Below, piece by piece: positions 59,775 to 64,000 of a DNA stretch of 64,000 nucleotides. A program made the position numbers and the translations under genes. Position 1 is the stretch's first letter. Every line of letters begins with the position of its first letter. The notes under the pieces are model-generated. The model saw nothing but the letters and a program-made list of their open reading frames with translations. It ran no database searches and was not told the DNA's origin. This DNA is from an uncultured Candidatus Entotheonella sp. (lineage in GTDB: Bacteria; Tectomicrobia; Entotheonellia; Entotheonellales; Entotheonellaceae). The stretch lies in assembly GCA_965217185.1 (NCBI GenBank), contig OZ244252.1, forward strand, positions 1,824,001 through 1,888,000, read 5' to 3'.

Positions 59775-61004
59775 CTAGCCGGCCACGTACGGCTCGGTTT
59801 CAGGATGGTCCAGCAGGATGGCAGTCACCGTCTCACCGGAAGCAAACGGCTCGGCGCGCTTGGGGAGCACCAGCAGACCGTTGGCGCCGACCATCGACAG
59901 CAGCCGTGCCGAGGATTGCATGCCGGTGCTGTGGGCCATGAAGCCCTGTGGCGTGCGGGTGAGGTGCACGCGGTGAAATTCAGGCCGCCAAGCGTCACCC
60001 TGAAGCTCGGCCGCCAGCGTCACGGGCACGCGGGGACGCAGGACGTGATGGTGACCGGCCATACGCAGCAAGGCAGGCCGCACGAAAAGCTCAAACGCCA
60101 CCAATGACGATACCGGAAAGCCGGGCAGCGCGAAGACGGGCTTGTCGGCCACGGTGGCAAAGGTGAGCGGTTTGCCGGGCTTCATATTGACGCGCCCGAA
60201 ATGCACTTGGCCGGTGGTTTCGAGGATAGGCTTGATGAGGTCCAGTTTGCCCATCGAAACGCCGCCCGAAGTGACCAGGGCGTCGCACGTCGTCAAACCC
60301 TCCAGGATTTTGTCGCGCAACGCCTCTTGCGTATCACTGCCGATGCCCAGCGAAACGGCCTCCGCGCCGGCACGCTGCACCGCGGCCATAAGCGTGTACC
60401 GGTTGCTGTCGCGAATCTGTCCGGGGCCGGGGCTGGCATCGGGCTCGACGATCTCGTTGCCACTGGACAGCACCGCGACGCGCGGCCGGGCATGCGCGAG
60501 AACGGTGGTACGTCCAAGGCTGGCAAGCAGGCCGATCTCCTGCGGCCCCAAGCGTGTGCCGGCCTGCAGAACCTGCTGCCCCTTGGCAATATCCTGCGCC
60601 ACCGGCCGCACCTCGGCGTTTGGGCCGACCTGCCGATGCAGGGTCACCATCCCCTGTGCCTCCTCGGTGTACTCCACCATGATGACCGCGTCAGCCCCCG
60701 GCGGCATCGGCGCGCCCGTGGTGATACGTACGCAGGTGCCGGGCTCGACACGCAGGTCGGCCACGTAGCCGGCGGTCTGCTCGCCGACCAAGCGGCGCGG
60801 GTTGGTGGTGTCGGCAGCAATCACCGCGAAGCCGTCCTTGATGCTGCACGGAAACGGCGGCAGATCCTCGGTGGCCTGAATGTCCTCGGCCAGGATCAGG
60901 TCGAGCGCGTCAAACGTCGAAAAAGGCCGAGGGTTCAAACGGACTGTCTGCTTGAAAACAATATCGAGCGCCACCTCGGGTTCGATCGTGTCGTAATCAC
61001 GCAT
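59775..61004 (-). CDS. moeA: Molybdopterin molybdotransferase
   Basis: DGFA, ITTGA, GQIRDSN, TSGGVSMG, MKPGKP and LPGFPVS. Confidence 0.93.
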   Translation of the reverse strand: MRDYDTIEPEVALDIVFKQTVRLNPRPFSTFDALDLILAEDIQATEDLPPFPCSIKDGFAVIAADTTNPRRLVGEQTAGYVADLRVEPGTCVRITTGAPMPPGADAVIMVEYTEEAQGMVTLHRQVGPNAEVRPVAQDIAKGQQVLQAGTRLGPQEIGLLASLGRTTVLAHARPRVAVLSSGNEIVEPDASPGPGQIRDSNRYTLMAAVQRAGAEAVSLGIGSDTQEALRDKILEGLTTCDALVTSGGVSMGKLDLIKPILETTGQVHFGRVNMKPGKPLTFATVADKPVFALPGFPVSSLVAFELFVRPALLRMAGHHHVLRPRVPVTLAAELQGDAWRPEFHRVHLTRTPQGFMAHSTGMQSSARLLSMVGANGLLVLPKRAEPFASGETVTAILLDHPETEPYVAG

Positions 61005-61120
61005 AAGGTCGTTCACTTTGATTGAGGGTCGAGGCGTGGGAGTCGGCAGTCCGTGCCTCTCCAACGGGCGCGTATTGTCAGCCAATTTCCCGAAGCCCGC
61101 AACCCAAAAGGCAGTTGGCG

Positions 61121-61906
61121 TCAGGGCCCGAGCAGGTCCGCCACCGCAGCGCCGAGGACCACCGCCTCTTGGCAACCCCGTCGCATCTCCGGCGCGCCAA
61201 AGCCGGGGCGCCACGTCGGGTGATAGCATTCGTCGGAAACCACCAGGAGCGCCGCCACCTCGCAGCCTCGGTAGGCCGCCACCGAAAACAAGGCCGCCAC
61301 TTCCATGTCAACCGCCTGCACACCGGCGGCCCGAAAACCGGCGATCTTCCCCGCTGTTTCGCGGTATGGCGCGTCCGTGGTCCACAAGCGGCCTTGCTTG
61401 GCATGCACGCCCTGGCGCTCCGCCTCCTCCTGAAGCAGAGCAGTCGTCACCGCCGCCGCCGTCGGCTCGACCCCGGCGGGCAGGTAGTGGTAGGACGTGC
61501 CCTCTTCCCGGATCGCCTGCTGCGGGATGAACAGGTCGCCGATGGTGAGAGCCGGATCCAATGCGCCGCAAAACCCGAGATACAGAAATCGCCGGGCGCC
61601 GAGTGCGATCAACTGTTCTAACAGCATCACCGCCACCGGCGCCCCGATAGGTGACGCCATCACGGAAAACGCTCGGCCTTCCGGGTTGTACCATGCCTGC
61701 CGCATGATCGGCTGCGGCTGCGCCGGAGTCATGCCCAGATGCCGGAGCAGCCGGTGCTGTAATGCTGGGATGAAGGTCAGCAGGACAACCGGCCGCACAT
61801 CGAGGTCGGCAGGCTCAGCCCCGTATTGCGCCAGTAGGTGCGTTAGGAAATCGGCGGGCTCGATTCGGGAGGTCGGTTCGACGGACAGGAATTGATCGGG
61901 CGTCAA
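61121..61906 (-). CDS. Nucleoside phosphorylase (PNP/UDP family)
   Basis: IGAP, G.CG, REEGTSYHY, WTTDAPYRET, DME and VSD. Confidence 0.88.
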   Translation of the reverse strand: MTPDQFLSVEPTSRIEPADFLTHLLAQYGAEPADLDVRPVVLLTFIPALQHRLLRHLGMTPAQPQPIMRQAWYNPEGRAFSVMASPIGAPVAVMLLEQLIALGARRFLYLGFCGALDPALTIGDLFIPQQAIREEGTSYHYLPAGVEPTAAAVTTALLQEEAERQGVHAKQGRLWTTDAPYRETAGKIAGFRAAGVQAVDMEVAALFSVAAYRGCEVAALLVVSDECYHPTWRPGFGAPEMRRGCQEAVVLGAAVADLLGP

Positions 61907-62066
61907 TGGAAATGCCTTCAGGTTTGATGCTAGGATTCACCCTTCCTAAACATAGGGAAGAGCCAAACTGTGACACGCGGGCACCTGCCTGACAAGCCGC
62001 CGCGGCTCGGACGTCTGTCACATCTTCGTAATCTGTCGACCCCCGCTTTCACAAAAGGAACACATC

Positions 62067-62581
62067 ATGACCCAGCCTGTGGTAACGGTTGTCATGGGCA
62101 GCGCCTCCGATTGGCCGATCATGCAGAGCGCCGCGGAAATGCTGGATCGCTTTCAAGTACCGTACGAGGTGACGATCAGTTCGGCGCACCGCGCCCCGCA
62201 ACGCACCGGGGCGCTGGCGCGCGGGGCTGCTGGGAGAGGCATCAAGGTCGTCATTGCTGGTGCCGGCGGGGCCGCCCATCTTGCCGGGGTGGTAGCCGCC
62301 GAAACCACACTGCCGGTTATCGGCGTGCCCATTGATTCGTCGTCCTTGCAAGGACTTGACGCCCTCTTGGCAACGGTGCAGATGCCGCGCGGCGTTCCGG
62401 TCGCCACGGTCGCCATCGGCAAGGCAGGGGCGGCCAATGCCGGCGTGCTGGCGGCGCAGATCGTGGCGCTGACGGCGCCGGACGTGTCGGAACGCCTGCG
62501 GCACTACAAGGCCGAGCTGGTTGCCGGTGTCGAGAAAGCCGCCGAAACCTGCAGGCGCAATTGGCGGAAACCGGTGCATGA
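62067..62581 (+). CDS. purE: N5-CAIR mutase, with an apparent 1-nt deletion near the 3' end
   Basis: [19 protein letters not shown] and [11 protein letters not shown]. As written the ORF runs to 62837, but a one-base shift near 62545 gives [10 protein letters not shown] ending at the ATGA overlap. Confidence 0.85.
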
Positions 62582-63243
62582 CGCGCTGTGTCAGAATCGA
62601 TCCGCGATGCCCGGCCTCGGACGCGCTCGACGACGCTGCGTCCGTACTGCGGCGCGGCGGCATCGTGGCTTACCTGACGGACACCGTCTACGGCTTGGCG
62701 GTGGACGCCCGGCTGCCGCAAGCCATCGCCAGCCTGTATGCTCTCAAGGGCCGCTCATCCAACAAGGCCATCCCGCTGATTATCGGCGCCCCGGAGCAGC
62801 TCCCAGAGGTCGCCGTCGCCCTCCCGCGAGGCGCTGAATCTCTCATGGCGGCGTTCTGGCCCGGTCCGCTCACCCTGCTGCTGTCACCGCATCCGAACCT
62901 GCCGGCCACGCTGCTCGGCGATACCGGGCGCATCGGCGTGCGCTGGCCAGATTCGCCGCTCAGCCAAGGTCTCGCGCTGCGCGTCGGCGGTGCCATCACC
63001 GCTTCCAGCGCCAATCGCTCCGGCGCTGCCGCCGCCCTGAGCGCCGCTGAGGTGGAGGCACAGCTTGTCCCAGACGTCGATCTTATTATTGACGCCGGCG
63101 GTGCCAACGAACCGCAGGTTTCGACCGTCCTCGATATCACCGTCGAACCGCCGCGCATGATCCGTGCCGGCAAAATTCCACAGGCAGCCATTGAATCCGT
63201 GCTTGGTTGCGGAATCGCGAAAAACCGCACAGAAAAAGGCTGA
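62578..63243 (+). CDS. tsaC: L-threonylcarbamoyladenylate synthase (Sua5/YrdC)
   Basis: TDTVYGL, LKGR..NK, FWPGPLT, SANRSG and STVLD. Confidence 0.92.
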   Translation: MTRCVRIDPRCPASDALDDAASVLRRGGIVAYLTDTVYGLAVDARLPQAIASLYALKGRSSNKAIPLIIGAPEQLPEVAVALPRGAESLMAAFWPGPLTLLLSPHPNLPATLLGDTGRIGVRWPDSPLSQGLALRVGGAITASSANRSGAAAALSAAEVEAQLVPDVDLIIDAGGANEPQVSTVLDITVEPPRMIRAGKIPQAAIESVLGCGIAKNRTEKG

Positions 63244-63248
63244 AAGGC

Positions 63249-63277
63249 TTGACACTATAGGGAACGACTCGTATAGT
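63249..63277 (+). promoter_or_regulatory. Sigma70-type promoter upstream of rho
   Basis: TTGACA-N17-TATAGT. Confidence 0.7.
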
Positions 63278-63754
63278 CTTGCGCAATTCACCCATGACGA
63301 GCCCCGCAGAGGTTGTTTCAGCACCACGCTGCCTTGCTTCCCGCAGCGGTCGGCCTATCCGATACAGGACTCCATTGCACAAATAACCAGCCATCCCAAA
63401 GCCATACGACGAAGGGGTTATATCCTCTGCCGAGCGTAAGGATTTCCCTCTATATGGCATCATGCTTGCCTACGATACATGGACACGCCCTTCTCAAGGG
63501 ATGCGAGTTAACGCGCGCAGTGTAGGTCGTGCAAGGGTCCTCATTCATTCTTACCATGGTTTCATAAATTACATCGCGGTGCCCCTTGTTCGTCCGGCGC
63601 AGTATACCGTCAAGGGTTCACTGACTCACATAAGGAGTGCCCGTTTAATGGCGTATTGCTGTCACAGTTGCAAGGGCAGTAACCGAGGACAAAATATCCT
63701 GCGTACGCATGCCCCCAGAAATATGCATGCGACTTATGGAGGTTGAGACGACTT

Positions 63755-64000
63755 ATGGCAGTTGAGACTACTCTTGACATCCCGGCCTTGCACAAAGGGC
63801 GCTTGAACATCGTTGAACTCAAAGAGATGACCATCGCCGATCTCGCCGACGTGGCCAAGCAACTCCACGTGGGCGGAGCCAGCGGGTTACGCAAGCAGGA
63901 GTTGATCTTCAAGATTCTGGAAGCGCAAACGGAGAAGAACGGTTTGATTTTCGGCGAGGGCGTTCTGGAAATCCTGCCCGACGGTTTCGGATTCCTGCGG
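63755..64000 (+). CDS. rho: Transcription termination factor Rho, 3'-truncated by the window edge
   Basis: ELKEMTIADL...LRKQELIFKIL...GEGVLEILPDGFGFLR. Confidence 0.95.
   Translation, partial: MAVETTLDIPALHKGRLNIVELKEMTIADLADVAKQLHVGGASGLRKQELIFKILEAQTEKNGLIFGEGVLEILPDGFGFLR

Overview
GC-rich bacterial chromosomal window. The gene content (LLM/SDR oxidoreductases, many TA modules, REP-rich intergenic DNA, an FN3/RTX surface protein) resembles sponge-associated Tectomicrobia or Deltaproteobacteria-like lineages; this is inference only. Core blocks: DUF294/DEDDh pair, pepN, msrP, copA, a cytochrome P460-NsrR divergon, a large phosphate/polyphosphate cluster (pstSCAB-phoU, phoB, oprP-type porin, MIP, ppk1-CHAD-ppx, sixA, ppgK), moeA/mocA, purE-tsaC and the 5' end of rho. 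The accessory DNA is unusually structured. (1) Four directly repeated dif-like XerC/D sites (47164-50411) delimit single-gene or non-coding cassettes between ppx and sixA, a candidate integrase-free Xer cassette array. (2) A 6.6-kb transposase-free composite element (17551-24176) is bounded by two copies of one MITE and an 8-bp target duplication, and carries an FN3/RTX gene whose frame depends on a (GGCTC)55 tract. (3) An ORF-less 760-nt group II intron sits exactly in the terminal repeat of that MITE, with EBS motifs complementary to the repeat. (4) Also present are a TerY-P defence triad, an IS481 inside a REP-like hairpin, an IS1182-like remnant inside a dif-like site, and a MITE that splits a lipoprotein metallopeptidase.
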